40,623 nucleotides of DNA, from positions 1-40,623 of the IMG/VR virus record IMGVR_UViG_3300037692_000196; one strand, given 5' to 3'. Position numbers and translations under genes: made by a program. Of this stretch, positions 16,385 through 26,307 are shown piece after piece (the stretch's first letter is position 1; every line of letters begins with the position of its first letter). The stretch comes from a virus (lineage: Duplodnaviria > Caudoviricetes). The notes beneath the pieces were generated by a model. That model saw nothing but the letters and a program-made list of their open reading frames with translations, was not told where the DNA came from and ran no database searches.

Positions 16385-17702
16385 GGCAATCGAAATCCCG
16401 TACCACTGGCGGCTCCGTAGCTATCAGCGGCCGTTCTGGGACGCGATGCACAAGGTCCGGCGTGGAGTCGCCGTGTGGCACCGGCGCGCCGGCAAGGATG
16501 CGGTGTGTTTGAATTTCACGGTCAAGCAGGCGATAAAGCGCGTGGGGGTCTACTGGCATTTGCTCCCGACCCTGCGGCAGGGTCGGCGGGTCGTGTGGGA
16601 GGGCATCGGGGGGGACGGCCGGCCGATGATCGACGCGTGGCCGGAGGAACTCGTGGTCAAGCGCCGCAACGACGAGATGTCCCTGTTGCTGGCGAACGGC
16701 TCACGGTGGCAAGTAGTCGGATCCGATTCGTATGACGCCCTTGTCGGCGCGAACCCGGTGGGAGTGGTGTTTTCAGAATTCAGCCTGAGCGATCCTCGCT
16801 CGTGGGATTTCGTGCGGCCGATCCTCGCCGAGAACGACGGCTGGGCGATGTTCGCCTTCACCCCCCGCGGCCGGAACCACGGTTATCGAATGTATCGCAT
16901 GGCGCAGGACAACCCGGAATGGTTCGCGCAGGTGCTGACTGTCGACGACACGGGGGCGGTGACACGCGAAGCCATCGCGGCGGAGCAGGCGGCGGGGATG
17001 CCTGAGGAACTCGTGCAGCAGGAGTTCTGGTGCTCGTGGACGGCGGCGCTTGTGGGCGCGGTGTTCGGGCCGCAAATGGACGCTATGGTGACCGACCGAC
17101 GGTTGGGGGCGTTTCCCCACGACAAATCGTATCCTGTCGAGACCTGGTGGGACCTGGGGCGGCATGATTCGATGGCGATCATGTTCGTCCAGCGCGTCGG
17201 TCACCAGATGCAGGTAGTCGATTACATCGAGGATTCGGGCCACGGGGTCGATCACTACGCGCGGCTCCTGAAGGAGCGGGGCGAAGCGGAGGGATACTCG
17301 TATTCCCGCCATGTTTGGCCGCACGACGGGAACGTCCGGGAATTGATGACGGCCGGGGATCGCAGTCGCGCGGAGGTATTCGAGGACTGGATGGGCCGGC
17401 CCGTGGACGTGGTGGCGCGACCGAAAGTTTTGCAGGAGGCGATCGATGCCGGGCGGCGGCTGCTGCCGCGGCTGTGCATTGACGAGGGCCGTTGCGACCG
17501 CCTGATCGATGCGTTGCGCTCGTATCGGCGGGAGGAGGACGAGGCGAAATCCGATGGCGCGAGCCCGTTTTTCCGGGAGCGCCCCTTGCACGACTGGGCG
17601 TCGCACGGGGCAAGCGCTTTGATGACGGGGGCGTTGTACACGCCCTCGACTGCGTACCGGCGCGAGGACTTGCGTCCGGAGTTCGTTCCAAATATAGTGT
17701 AG
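16377..17702 (+). CDS. terL: Terminase large subunit
   Basis: WHRRAGKD Walker A, VVFSE Walker B, FTPRGRNH, WDLG, HDWASHGASA. Confidence 0.95.
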   Translation: MGEAIEIPYHWRLRSYQRPFWDAMHKVRRGVAVWHRRAGKDAVCLNFTVKQAIKRVGVYWHLLPTLRQGRRVVWEGIGGDGRPMIDAWPEELVVKRRNDEMSLLLANGSRWQVVGSDSYDALVGANPVGVVFSEFSLSDPRSWDFVRPILAENDGWAMFAFTPRGRNHGYRMYRMAQDNPEWFAQVLTVDDTGAVTREAIAAEQAAGMPEELVQQEFWCSWTAALVGAVFGPQMDAMVTDRRLGAFPHDKSYPVETWWDLGRHDSMAIMFVQRVGHQMQVVDYIEDSGHGVDHYARLLKERGEAEGYSYSRHVWPHDGNVRELMTAGDRSRAEVFEDWMGRPVDVVARPKVLQEAIDAGRRLLPRLCIDEGRCDRLIDALRSYRREEDEAKSDGASPFFRERPLHDWASHGASALMTGALYTPSTAYRREDLRPEFVPNIV

Positions 17703-17715
17703 AAGGAGACAGACG

Positions 17716-17919
17716 ATGAAATTCAGGCTCGACGAGTTGATGCCCTGGGCGCCGGTATTCTCGATTCTGTCGAGGATGAAGTCGCTGACGGTGAAGGTGG
17801 GGGGCGTCGAATACCGCGGTGCCGCCGAGTTGTCGCTGGACGACGGGAACCGGGCGACGCTGGCGATCGAGGAATCGATCGTAGCGAAGAACCGCGCGGA
17901 CCGGAAGAAGCCGAAATGA
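17716..17919 (+). CDS. Hypothetical protein
   Basis: GAAGGAG RBS. Confidence 0.6.
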   Translation: MKFRLDELMPWAPVFSILSRMKSLTVKVGGVEYRGAAELSLDDGNRATLAIEESIVAKNRADRKKPK

Positions 17920-18203
17920 GCCGCGCCCTCGAAATCAGGGTGCGCCAGTTGGAGGCCCGCGTTGCGGCGCTGGAAGTTGCGATGCTTGGCCCGAAAACCC
18001 CTCCAGCCTTACCCCGCGTCGATTTGTCGCTCGCCGAAGCGCCGGTTGTCCTGCCGGTCATGGTAAGGCGGATCTTCGGGAAGTACGGCGTGGTCGATGC
18101 GGTCGGCACCCATTTCGGCAAACCGGGCAGCAAGGCCGACGCGGAAGCGCAGGCGGCGCGGATGAACGGCGTTCACGCCGTTGTGGACGGGGCCGATGTC
18201 TGA
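17916..18203 (+). CDS. Hypothetical protein
   Basis: Coupled ORF. Confidence 0.55.
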   Translation: MSRALEIRVRQLEARVAALEVAMLGPKTPPALPRVDLSLAEAPVVLPVMVRRIFGKYGVVDAVGTHFGKPGSKADAEAQAARMNGVHAVVDGADV

Positions 18204-20256
18204 CGTTTCCGCCCTTCGGCGACCGAACCCGCAGACCGAACAGGGCTTGCAGGGGCTGCTGAAAATCCTGGTCGAGCGCGCGCGGCCGACCGAGGAAGTC
18301 AGTCAGGAGCGGGCGGACAATCTCGACTACTACAATCAGGCGCTTCTCGGCAACGAGGTTTCGGACCGCTCCCAAGTAGTGACCTCCGACGTGTTCGACG
18401 TGATCGAGACGGTTCACGCGGACATGATGGAAATATTCGCGGGCTCGGATGAGGTCGTGAACTTCGAGCCGACGGGGCGGGAGGACGAGGAGGCGGCGAA
18501 GCAGGCGACCGACTACGCGCAACTCGTGTGGTCGTCGGATAATCCGGGCTTCGAGAACATGTACGATGCCCTGAAAAACGCGCTGCTTCAAAAAACGGGC
18601 GTGTTCAAGGTGTCGTGGGAGCCGGAGGGCGAGTCGAAGCGGGTAGAGATGGAGAACGTATCCGCGATGGCCGTGGAACGCCTGATGACGGACCCGGAGA
18701 TCGAGATCGTCGGAAGCGAGGAACGCACGCGGCACGTCGAGAACGAGATGGGATTGCCGGTGCCGGAAACGGTGTACGACCTGACCGTGATCCACACTCC
18801 GCAGGAGGGCCGGGTGCGGGTCGACGTGGTGGCGCCGGAGCACTTCCTAAAATCACAGGACTGGAACGGTCGGGACCGGCCGCGGCTGGTCGGCGAGGAA
18901 CGCCCGATGCGGGTGTCCGACCTCGTTGAGATGGGCTATGACTTCGAGGAGTTGGACAAGATCGCGGGCGGCTTCGATACGCTGCACGGCCTTGAGCAGG
19001 TAGCGCGCCGGCAGTCGATGGGGCAGTGGCACACGGAGCAGGACAACGACTCCGACAGGTCGATGCGCGAGTTGACATACCGGGAGCTTTACGTGCGCCT
19101 GGACTGGGACGACGATGGCGTTGCCGAGTTGCGCCAGATTACGTGCGTCGGCCCGGCGTTCCACATTCTCGACAACTCCGAAGTGGACGACGACCCGTAT
19201 GTGGATTTCGCGGCGATCAGGATGCCGCACACGGCGATCGGCAAGGCTTATGCGGACCTGTTGCGCGACCTTCAGAAGCTGAAATCGACGATTTGGCGGC
19301 AGACGCTGGACAATATCTACCTGATCAACAACCAGCGCGCGGCGATTTCCGACAAGGTGGACTTGCAGAGCTACCTGGACGGCACGCCGGGCTCGGCGAT
19401 CATGGTGAACACGCAACTGGCGGATGTGAGCGGACACATTGCGCCTCAGATGCCGGTGCCGATTGGGCATATCACGTTCCCGATGCTGGAATACGTCGAT
19501 ACCGTCCGCGAGGGGCGCTTGGGCGTCACCCGCTACTCGCAGGGCACGGACGCATCGAGTTTGAACAAGACGGCCGGGGGGATTTCGATGATCCTGGGCC
19601 GGTCGCAGCGGCGCATGATGGCGCTGGCGCGGCTGATTGCGGAAACCGGGGTCAAGCCCGCGTTCAAGAAGATTCTGCGGCTGATCGTGGAGCGCCAGGA
19701 CCGGCCCCGAACCGTGCGCCTGCGCAACAAGTGGGTCGAGATCGACCCGCGCTCGTGGAACGCCGACATGGACGTGAAAGTAAAGGTCGGGCTGGGCCAC
19801 GGGACCAAGGAACAGCAGATGTTCATGGCGCAGACACTGTTGCAAATTCAGCGCGAGGTCGTCAAGATGCAGGGCGGTACGGCAGGTCCGCACGTCACGG
19901 ATGCGGAGTTGCACAATGCGTTCACGCGGGTTGTCGAGGCCCTGGGATATCGGGAGGTCGATCCCTACTTCCGCGATCCCGAGGGATTCCAGCCGCCGCA
20001 GGCGCCGCCGGACCCGAAGATGATCGTGGAGGAGATGCGCGACAAGCGGGAACGCGAGGATAACGCGATGACGCACCAGCGGGAAATGGCCGAAATCATG
20101 CTCAAGGACGACCGCGAGCGGAAGAAGGAAAAGCTGGACCGCGATATCGCGGAAACGAAAACGATTTTGGAGGTCGGGCGTCAATTCGCCACGACAGGCA
20201 GGGGCAGCGCCCCACAGCAACGAGGAGCGAGAGATGAAAGGCAAGACGTCGTATAG
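18196..20256 (+). CDS. Portal protein
   Basis: ~690 aa after terL; RSQVVTSDVFDVIET, NALLQKTGVFKVSW, NKTAGG, RNKWVEIDPRSW. Confidence 0.92.
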   Translation: MSDVSALRRPNPQTEQGLQGLLKILVERARPTEEVSQERADNLDYYNQALLGNEVSDRSQVVTSDVFDVIETVHADMMEIFAGSDEVVNFEPTGREDEEAAKQATDYAQLVWSSDNPGFENMYDALKNALLQKTGVFKVSWEPEGESKRVEMENVSAMAVERLMTDPEIEIVGSEERTRHVENEMGLPVPETVYDLTVIHTPQEGRVRVDVVAPEHFLKSQDWNGRDRPRLVGEERPMRVSDLVEMGYDFEELDKIAGGFDTLHGLEQVARRQSMGQWHTEQDNDSDRSMRELTYRELYVRLDWDDDGVAELRQITCVGPAFHILDNSEVDDDPYVDFAAIRMPHTAIGKAYADLLRDLQKLKSTIWRQTLDNIYLINNQRAAISDKVDLQSYLDGTPGSAIMVNTQLADVSGHIAPQMPVPIGHITFPMLEYVDTVREGRLGVTRYSQGTDASSLNKTAGGISMILGRSQRRMMALARLIAETGVKPAFKKILRLIVERQDRPRTVRLRNKWVEIDPRSWNADMDVKVKVGLGHGTKEQQMFMAQTLLQIQREVVKMQGGTAGPHVTDAELHNAFTRVVEALGYREVDPYFRDPEGFQPPQAPPDPKMIVEEMRDKREREDNAMTHQREMAEIMLKDDRERKKEKLDRDIAETKTILEVGRQFATTGRGSAPQQRGARDERQDVV

Positions 20257-20392
20257 CGGAGGCGGAAAGCGCGACAAGCTCGACGTTCCGAGCGAGAAGC
20301 CGAAAATGTCCTACAAGGGCGCCGGCAACGTGAAGGAAACCGCGTTCAACGCCCGGAAGGGCGGGATTCGCCGGCCGAAGGCGAAGAAGTGA
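20234..20392 (+). CDS. Small Lys-rich protein (52 aa)
   Basis: MKGKTSYSGGGKRDK...RRPKAKK; GAGGAG RBS; GTGA overlap. Confidence 0.6.
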   Translation: MKGKTSYSGGGKRDKLDVPSEKPKMSYKGAGNVKETAFNARKGGIRRPKAKK

Positions 20393-20724
20393 TTTCCGAG
20401 GCCGAACGCAAGCTCGACGACGAGCAGTCTGGCCTCCTGGACGAAATGAACAGAGGGCGGCGCGCGGCGGCGATCCTGGAAAATCCGCTGTTCAAGGACG
20501 CGGTGCGGGCCGTCCGCGACGGCGCCGTCAGCCAGTTCGAGAACAGCGCGGAGGACGACGACCGCACGCGAACCTTGGCTCGCCTGAAAGTCGGGGTGCT
20601 GCAGGATGTCGTCGGGCGCCTGACCCGCCACATGCACTCCGGGCAGGCGGCCGAAACGCGCCTGTCCGGGCTGCGCGATGCCGTCAGTCGCCTGAAAGAC
20701 AGGATGCGGAGGCCTACGGCATGA
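20389..20724 (+). CDS. Conserved post-portal hypothetical protein
   Basis: RGRRAAAILENPLFKDA pattern; position. Confidence 0.75.
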   Translation: MISEAERKLDDEQSGLLDEMNRGRRAAAILENPLFKDAVRAVRDGAVSQFENSAEDDDRTRTLARLKVGVLQDVVGRLTRHMHSGQAAETRLSGLRDAVSRLKDRMRRPTA

Positions 20725-21248
20725 AGATAGGCATCTTCGGCGTGAACCCCGATCTGATCGCGGCCGCCCCCTGGGAAGACCCTGCTTGGCGGAAGTGGGC
20801 GTTGCCGTGGGGGCCGAAGAAGTACATATTCCGGGCGGAATCGCTGTTCGAAATTCATGCCGAAGAACACTTTGCAAGGTACGCCCCCCCCTCCTACCAG
20901 GAGGAATTGCGCGCTTGGGAAAACGACGGCATAATGGTTGTTCGGCAAGAGAATTTTCCCTTACAGGAAGCGATTGCGCTTTCCGGGGATTATTTTCTAT
21001 GCACGATGGCCTACATGATCGCCGCCGCGATCCTGGAAGCGCCGGACGAGATCGGAGTGTTCGCGTGCGACCCGGCCGGGCGCTGGGCCTACCAGAAGCC
21101 CAACGTCGAACACTGGATTGGAGTTGCAAGGGGTCGGGGAATCGATGTGACGATCCAGGAAGGATCGAACCTTTGCGCCTACGATCCCGCCCCGTTGGTC
21201 GAATCGGGAGGCCCGTTATACCCATCCCGGTACGGATGGTCGACTTAG
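20721..21248 (+). CDS. Putative glycosyltransferase-like protein (GT29/GT42/Maf-like)
   Basis: KIGIFG N-terminus; CTMAYMIAAAILEAPDEIGVFACD resembles the CstII-type TSGxYMxxxAxxLGYKEIYLxGxD motif. Confidence 0.5.
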   Translation: MKIGIFGVNPDLIAAAPWEDPAWRKWALPWGPKKYIFRAESLFEIHAEEHFARYAPPSYQEELRAWENDGIMVVRQENFPLQEAIALSGDYFLCTMAYMIAAAILEAPDEIGVFACDPAGRWAYQKPNVEHWIGVARGRGIDVTIQEGSNLCAYDPAPLVESGGPLYPSRYGWST

Positions 21249-21309
21249 GGGGACGCCCCTGACAAACCGCGCCGCGAGGCGCCGTGTCCCTTAGATGGAG
21301 GCCTAAATC

Positions 21310-22428
21310 ATGGCCGAAGAAGCAGCGACCCCGATCGAATCGGGAACTGCACTACGAAACCCGACGAACATCACGCAGTCGGTTGACAGAGTCTCCGCCA
21401 TTCTCGGAACCCCGAGGGGGCGACCCGAGGGCGGAGACTCTGAATCCGCTGATGCGACCGGCGATCCGGTGACTCCCGAGGCCGAAGAAAGCCCCGAGGA
21501 AGCCGAAGCCGAACTCGCGGATCAGGCCGCAAAGGCCGAAGCGACGGATGACGAAGAGGCGGAAGCCGAACCCGAAGGCGTCGAAGAGGAACTAACCGTC
21601 GAGCCCACCCTTGCCGCGCTTGCGGAAGCCCTCGAAATCGATGAACAGGTTTTGAGCGAGCAACTGCAAGTCAAGGTCAAGATCAACGGGCGAGACGAAG
21701 TGGTCACCCTCGGCGAAGCCGTGAAGGGCTACCAGCGCGAAGCCGATTACACCCGCCGCACGATGGAGCTTGGGGAAACGAAGCGTCAATTCGACGCCAA
21801 CGTAACCCAAGCGGCGTCCCAATTGGGCGCCAAGTTCCAGGAAGCGGATACCCTTTTGGAGTTCCTGCAAGAGAAGGCCGACATGGGCTGGACGCGCGAG
21901 GCGTTGGCCCAACTTCGGGATTCCGACCCGGCCCAGTACATGGTCGTGAAGGATGCCCTGGAGGACAACCGCCGCGCCCTCGAAGCCCACAAGGCCAAGA
22001 GGGAAAACGAGCGCCAACAGGCCGCCGAACAGGACAAGCAGCGGTTTGCGGAATGGCACGCCGACCAACAGCGCCAATTGCTGTCCCGGATGCCCGAATT
22101 GTCGAAAAAGGAGAACCTGGCGAAATTCGAGGATTCCGTCCAGGCATACCTCCAATCCATCGGCTTCGCGCCGGAGGAAGTCCGGCAGTTCATGCAAACC
22201 TACGACCATCGCCATGTTCTTATCGTGCGCGACGCCGCGAAAGGGCGGGCGAACGACAAGACTGCCGAAAAGGTCAAGCTGAAACTCAAATCGCTTCCCA
22301 AGAAGGCCAAGGCGGGACCGAAAGGCAACGCCAAGGCGACGGAACTTGCGACCATGCGGGACCGGCTGAAAAAAACCGGCTCCGCGCGCGACATGGAGAA
22401 CATCCTGAAAGCGCGGGGCATAGCCTGA
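21310..22428 (+). CDS. Capsid scaffolding protein
   Basis: Acidic N-terminus; VKVKINGRDEVVTLGEAVKGYQREADYTRRT; precedes capsid. Confidence 0.9.
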   Translation: MAEEAATPIESGTALRNPTNITQSVDRVSAILGTPRGRPEGGDSESADATGDPVTPEAEESPEEAEAELADQAAKAEATDDEEAEAEPEGVEEELTVEPTLAALAEALEIDEQVLSEQLQVKVKINGRDEVVTLGEAVKGYQREADYTRRTMELGETKRQFDANVTQAASQLGAKFQEADTLLEFLQEKADMGWTREALAQLRDSDPAQYMVVKDALEDNRRALEAHKAKRENERQQAAEQDKQRFAEWHADQQRQLLSRMPELSKKENLAKFEDSVQAYLQSIGFAPEEVRQFMQTYDHRHVLIVRDAAKGRANDKTAEKVKLKLKSLPKKAKAGPKGNAKATELATMRDRLKKTGSARDMENILKARGIA

Positions 22429-22443
22429 CCGCGAGGTACTGAA

Positions 22444-23391
22444 ATGACCGTTCCCACGAATACCTATCAAGCGATCGACGCGACCGGCAGGCGCGAAGAC
22501 CTGACCGACGTCATCTACGACCTGACCCCGACCGACACGCCGTTCCTCTCGGCGATAGAAGCGGTCGAAGCCAGGAACATGCTGCACGAGTGGCAGACGG
22601 ATGCACTCGCCGCAGCCAGCGCCGACAACGCCGTGATCGACGGCGACGACCCGTCGGCCGACGCCGCCACCGCAACCACGCGCCTGTCGAACTCGACGCA
22701 GCTCATGGACAAGGTGGCCATCGTCTCGTCCCGTCAGCGGGCCATCGTGTCCGCCGGCCGAAGGGACGAGCTCGCCTACCAGGTCGTCAAGCGCAGTCGC
22801 GAACTGAAACGCGATGTCGAATCGGCGCTGCTGTCGAACAACGCCGAAGCCAAGGACACGGACGGCTCGACCGCGCAGAAGATGGGCGGCATCGAGTCGT
22901 GGCTTACCAGCAACGTGTCCCGCGGAACCAGCGGGTCGAACGGCGGCACCGGCGACACGGCGGCCACCGACGGCACGGCTCGGGATTTCACGGAGGCAAT
23001 GCTCGCCGCCGTGCTCCAGTCGTGCTGGGAAAACGGCGGCGACCCGAGCATGATCCTGGTCGGCGGCTTCAACAAGCGGAAGATTTCGGAGAACTTCTCC
23101 GGTTTCGCCACGCGGACCCACGAGGCCGGCACCCGGACCATCGAAGCGGCAAGCGATGTCTACGTCAGCGACTACGGCTGGCTGGATATCGTTCCGAGCC
23201 GGTTTTCGAGAGCCCGTTCGGCGCTCATTGTCCAGCCCGACATGGCGGCCGTTGCGTACTTGCAGCCGTTCAAGCTGGAGCCGCTGGCAAAATCGGGCCA
23301 CTCCGAGAAACGCATGTTGTCCGTCGAATGCACGCTGGAAATGCGCAATCAGGCCGCCCACGGAGTCGCCGCCGACCTGACAACCACGTAA
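22444..23391 (+). CDS. Major capsid protein (DUF5309/SU10-like)
   Basis: REDLTDVIYDLTPTDTPF, HEWQTD, ELKRDVE, DVYVSDYG, EPLAKSG. Confidence 0.92.
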   Translation: MTVPTNTYQAIDATGRREDLTDVIYDLTPTDTPFLSAIEAVEARNMLHEWQTDALAAASADNAVIDGDDPSADAATATTRLSNSTQLMDKVAIVSSRQRAIVSAGRRDELAYQVVKRSRELKRDVESALLSNNAEAKDTDGSTAQKMGGIESWLTSNVSRGTSGSNGGTGDTAATDGTARDFTEAMLAAVLQSCWENGGDPSMILVGGFNKRKISENFSGFATRTHEAGTRTIEAASDVYVSDYGWLDIVPSRFSRARSALIVQPDMAAVAYLQPFKLEPLAKSGHSEKRMLSVECTLEMRNQAAHGVAADLTTT

Positions 23392-23415
23392 CCGAGCTCG
23401 AAAGGAGTGACGGAC

Positions 23416-23925
23416 ATGCGAAAATTTCTTCTGAGCTTGGCACTTCTGGCGTTCATGGCCCTCCCCGCCGACGCGGCGTGGAACATTCGCCAGAAGTCGG
23501 ACGGCACGGCGGAATGGGTGAACGGGTACGGGGAGACGGTGCCGATCGGCGCCGTCTACCTGACCGCCCACATCACCGACGTGTCGACAGCCCAAACCGT
23601 GGCCGTGGTCGTCCCCATCACCGGGGCGAAGGTGACGCTGATCCAGAGCGTTCTGGAAGGCGACATCACCACCGCCAACGCGACCGTCAAATTCTGGAAC
23701 GCAGTCGACGAGGACGGCACGGTGACGACTCAAATCTCCGACGCCTCCACGGGTTCCATGACCTTGACGGCGGTCGCGGCGACGGAATTGGGCGACGTGG
23801 ATACCTTCACGCCCACGACCAACAACAAGGTCGAGCAGGGCGGCGTGATCTTCATCCACACGGACGGCGGATCGACTAACCGCGTCGGAGCGCGGTTTAC
23901 GATCACTATCCAGCCGGCGCGCTGA
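23416..23925 (+). CDS. Putative capsid decoration protein with Sec signal peptide
   Basis: MRKFLLSLALLAFMALPADA|AW...; Thr-rich beta-type domain; directly after capsid gene. Confidence 0.7.
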   Translation: MRKFLLSLALLAFMALPADAAWNIRQKSDGTAEWVNGYGETVPIGAVYLTAHITDVSTAQTVAVVVPITGAKVTLIQSVLEGDITTANATVKFWNAVDEDGTVTTQISDASTGSMTLTAVAATELGDVDTFTPTTNNKVEQGGVIFIHTDGGSTNRVGARFTITIQPAR

Positions 23926-25676
23926 TGCGGTACGTCGCCGTCCCTGTCGGCGGCTTGTTCATCGGGGGTCTCGTGCTTTTCGGTCCCTGGACCACGGAGC
24001 CCGAGATTCCCCGGTGGGCCTGCATCTATGCCTTGGCGTCCCTCAGCGCGGTATGGCTCGCCATGACGGGGCTGAGGGACGGGGCCGCGCGTCTCGGCCT
24101 GATGGACGCGGCAATCGTCGCACTGTTCCTATGGGCCGGGGCTTCGCTCGTTTGGACAACGGATTGGCGAGCCGGGGCTTATGCCCTTACCCAGGCCGCC
24201 GCCTTGCTGGCAATCTATCTCGGCGTGCGCCACGCCCCGAAAGCCTTCCTGTTTCCGATCCTGCGATGGACCGTCCCGGCTTCAATCGTCATCGTTCTCG
24301 GACTGCTTGCGGCGCAACCGTGGCTGGAAGGCATGAAAATACGGTACGGTGGACCGCTGGTCATGCTCGTCGACGAAAACCTGTACGGCGGGTTCTGGCT
24401 GCAAAATTTCGTGACGGAGTTCCTGCTGATTGCCGCGCCCCTGTTGGCGGCATTCAAACTGCGGCGATTCATTGCGCTGCCGCTGATGGCGGCGGCTCTG
24501 GCAAGCACCGTGCTCGTCAAGGGTTATCTGGAATGGCCGGTGTTCATGCTTTTCGCGGCGGTCATGTGCTCTCGACTCCTCGGGCTCAAGGACCGGCGGG
24601 ATATCGTGGTGATCGCCGCCCTGCTCGTCGTGGCCGGAATTTGGGCCTTCACCGAATTCCCCGATGTCAGGTCGTCGTTCCTGCCGCGCTTCGAAATCTG
24701 GATCAATACGCTGGTTCTCGTCGCCCAGGCGCCGTTCGCGGGCCACGGGCTGGCATCGTTCCAAGGACAATACGATGGCGTGATGGCGGCACACCTGGAC
24801 CTGATTCCCGGATTGGGGCAAAACGTCTATAGCGCGGGCTCGTTCGCCGGATCGGCGCACAACGAATTTCTGCAACTGTGGGCTGAGCTTGGCTTGGTCG
24901 GCATTGGATTGGCGGCGCTGTTCGTCCGGGAAATCTTCAAATCCCGCGTGCGGATCGTCGGTATCGGCGGTTCGCTGATGGCGGCCGCCGCGCTCTCCAT
25001 GTTCGGATTCCCATTGCAAAACCCCGCCACCGCGCTGCTGGTCGTCGTGACCCTCGGAATAGTGGCGCGCGGACAACGGCAGTGGAAAAAAATTACCATA
25101 ACGACGATCCCGGCTTCCTCAATCGCCGCCGTATCGGTCGCCGCATGGGCCTGGACAGCCCCCGCCTCAATGCAGGCATCGCACGACATGAGCCTGTTCC
25201 GGGCGTGGTGGGACGCCGACAAGCTGCGGGCGGCGGCATACAACTTCGACGCCTACGCGGCCTTCCCGATGGATTCCTTCATTCGCAGGCAACTTTCCGC
25301 CTCGGTCAACGCCCTGGTCAACTCGGGGAAGGGTGAGGTCGTCATGGACGACAAGACCGCCGACGCTCTCTACGAGGTCGGCCGCGGCGCAGCGCCGTAC
25401 AGCGTGGAGATTCGCCTGGCAAGAATGCAATATCTGTTCAATTCCGGCCGCTGGGGCGAACCGGAACTCGGCGCATTGCTCGACGACTTGCGGCGGCGCA
25501 ACCCGTACCGGCCCGAAATCTGGGTCGCGGACGCCTTCTATGGGGCGTTCACCGGGAATTTCGAGCGCATGTCGTCCTCCGCGCGAATGGCAATGCAACT
25601 CAGGCCCGACATCGAGACATTGAATCCGGCTTTCGGCAGCATTGTCTCGATCTTGAATAAAGGAGAGCACGGATGA
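23925..25676 (+). CDS. O-antigen ligase/O-oligosaccharyltransferase-like (Wzy_C) membrane protein
   Basis: About 12 hydrophobic helices; RFEIW...PFAGHGLASF; SAHNEFLQLWAELGLVG; FGFPLQ; helical C-terminal domain. Confidence 0.85.
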   Translation: MRYVAVPVGGLFIGGLVLFGPWTTEPEIPRWACIYALASLSAVWLAMTGLRDGAARLGLMDAAIVALFLWAGASLVWTTDWRAGAYALTQAAALLAIYLGVRHAPKAFLFPILRWTVPASIVIVLGLLAAQPWLEGMKIRYGGPLVMLVDENLYGGFWLQNFVTEFLLIAAPLLAAFKLRRFIALPLMAAALASTVLVKGYLEWPVFMLFAAVMCSRLLGLKDRRDIVVIAALLVVAGIWAFTEFPDVRSSFLPRFEIWINTLVLVAQAPFAGHGLASFQGQYDGVMAAHLDLIPGLGQNVYSAGSFAGSAHNEFLQLWAELGLVGIGLAALFVREIFKSRVRIVGIGGSLMAAAALSMFGFPLQNPATALLVVVTLGIVARGQRQWKKITITTIPASSIAAVSVAAWAWTAPASMQASHDMSLFRAWWDADKLRAAAYNFDAYAAFPMDSFIRRQLSASVNALVNSGKGEVVMDDKTADALYEVGRGAAPYSVEIRLARMQYLFNSGRWGEPELGALLDDLRRRNPYRPEIWVADAFYGAFTGNFERMSSSARMAMQLRPDIETLNPAFGSIVSILNKGEHG

Positions 25677-26023
25677 GATTTCTTTTCCTCGTGGCCTTGC
25701 TTCTTGCGGGCCCGGCACTCGGGCAGCAGGCATGGTATCCGGGGCCGATCCAGACAATGGGGTTTGATTCAAACAGCCGTAAGGTCACGACCGCATTCGG
25801 CGCGCAAACCCAATTCGCGCGGATCATATGCACGGAGGATTGCTATGTCGCGTTCGCGTCCTCCAACGCAAACAGCGCCGCCACGGCCTACCAGCAGGGC
25901 GCGACGTCGGTATTAGTTCCCGCCGATACCCCGGAAACGTTCAGGGTCAGCCCGAACGGCTGGGTGGCTGTGATCCGCGTGTCCACCAACGGAACCTTCT
26001 CGGTCATGGAGTTGACACGATGA
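25673..26023 (+). CDS. Small head-region virion-like protein with Sec signal peptide
   Basis: MRFLFLVALLLAGPALG|QQ...; AFGAQTQFARI...VPADTPETFRV pattern seen next to podophage capsid genes. Confidence 0.7.
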   Translation: MRFLFLVALLLAGPALGQQAWYPGPIQTMGFDSNSRKVTTAFGAQTQFARIICTEDCYVAFASSNANSAATAYQQGATSVLVPADTPETFRVSPNGWVAVIRVSTNGTFSVMELTR

Positions 26024-26307
26024 TCGAAACGAAGATCGTTCCCCAGCCGGACGGCACGGTCCTGATAGAGCGATACCAGGACGCCGAGCCCGTCATCGAC
26101 AGGGTAAAGGCGCTGAACGAAACCGGGCCGAGACGCGATTCGTGTATGCGCTTCGCCGGCAGCGTTCCCAACGTGCTTCTCGAAAAGTGGTTCAACGAGA
26201 TCGGATTCGGCAACTGGCGAAAGATGAGCGGGCGCGAGAGAGTCGAGTTTTTGGTCAGGAAGTTGCGCGATCCCGAATACGCCAAGCTGAGGGGACACGG
26301 ACTGTAA
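26020..26307 (+). CDS. Conserved podophage head-region protein
   Basis: QDAEPVID...MRFAGSVPNVLLEKW...LRDPEYAKLR. Confidence 0.75.
   Translation: MIETKIVPQPDGTVLIERYQDAEPVIDRVKALNETGPRRDSCMRFAGSVPNVLLEKWFNEIGFGNWRKMSGRERVEFLVRKLRDPEYAKLRGHGL

Noticed and set aside
21592-23859. 755-aa minus-strand ORF and similar long antisense ORFs (8597-10066, 18853-20277, 32894-34099)
   Set aside because: Antisense shadows of well-supported genes, expected in high-GC DNA; no motifs.
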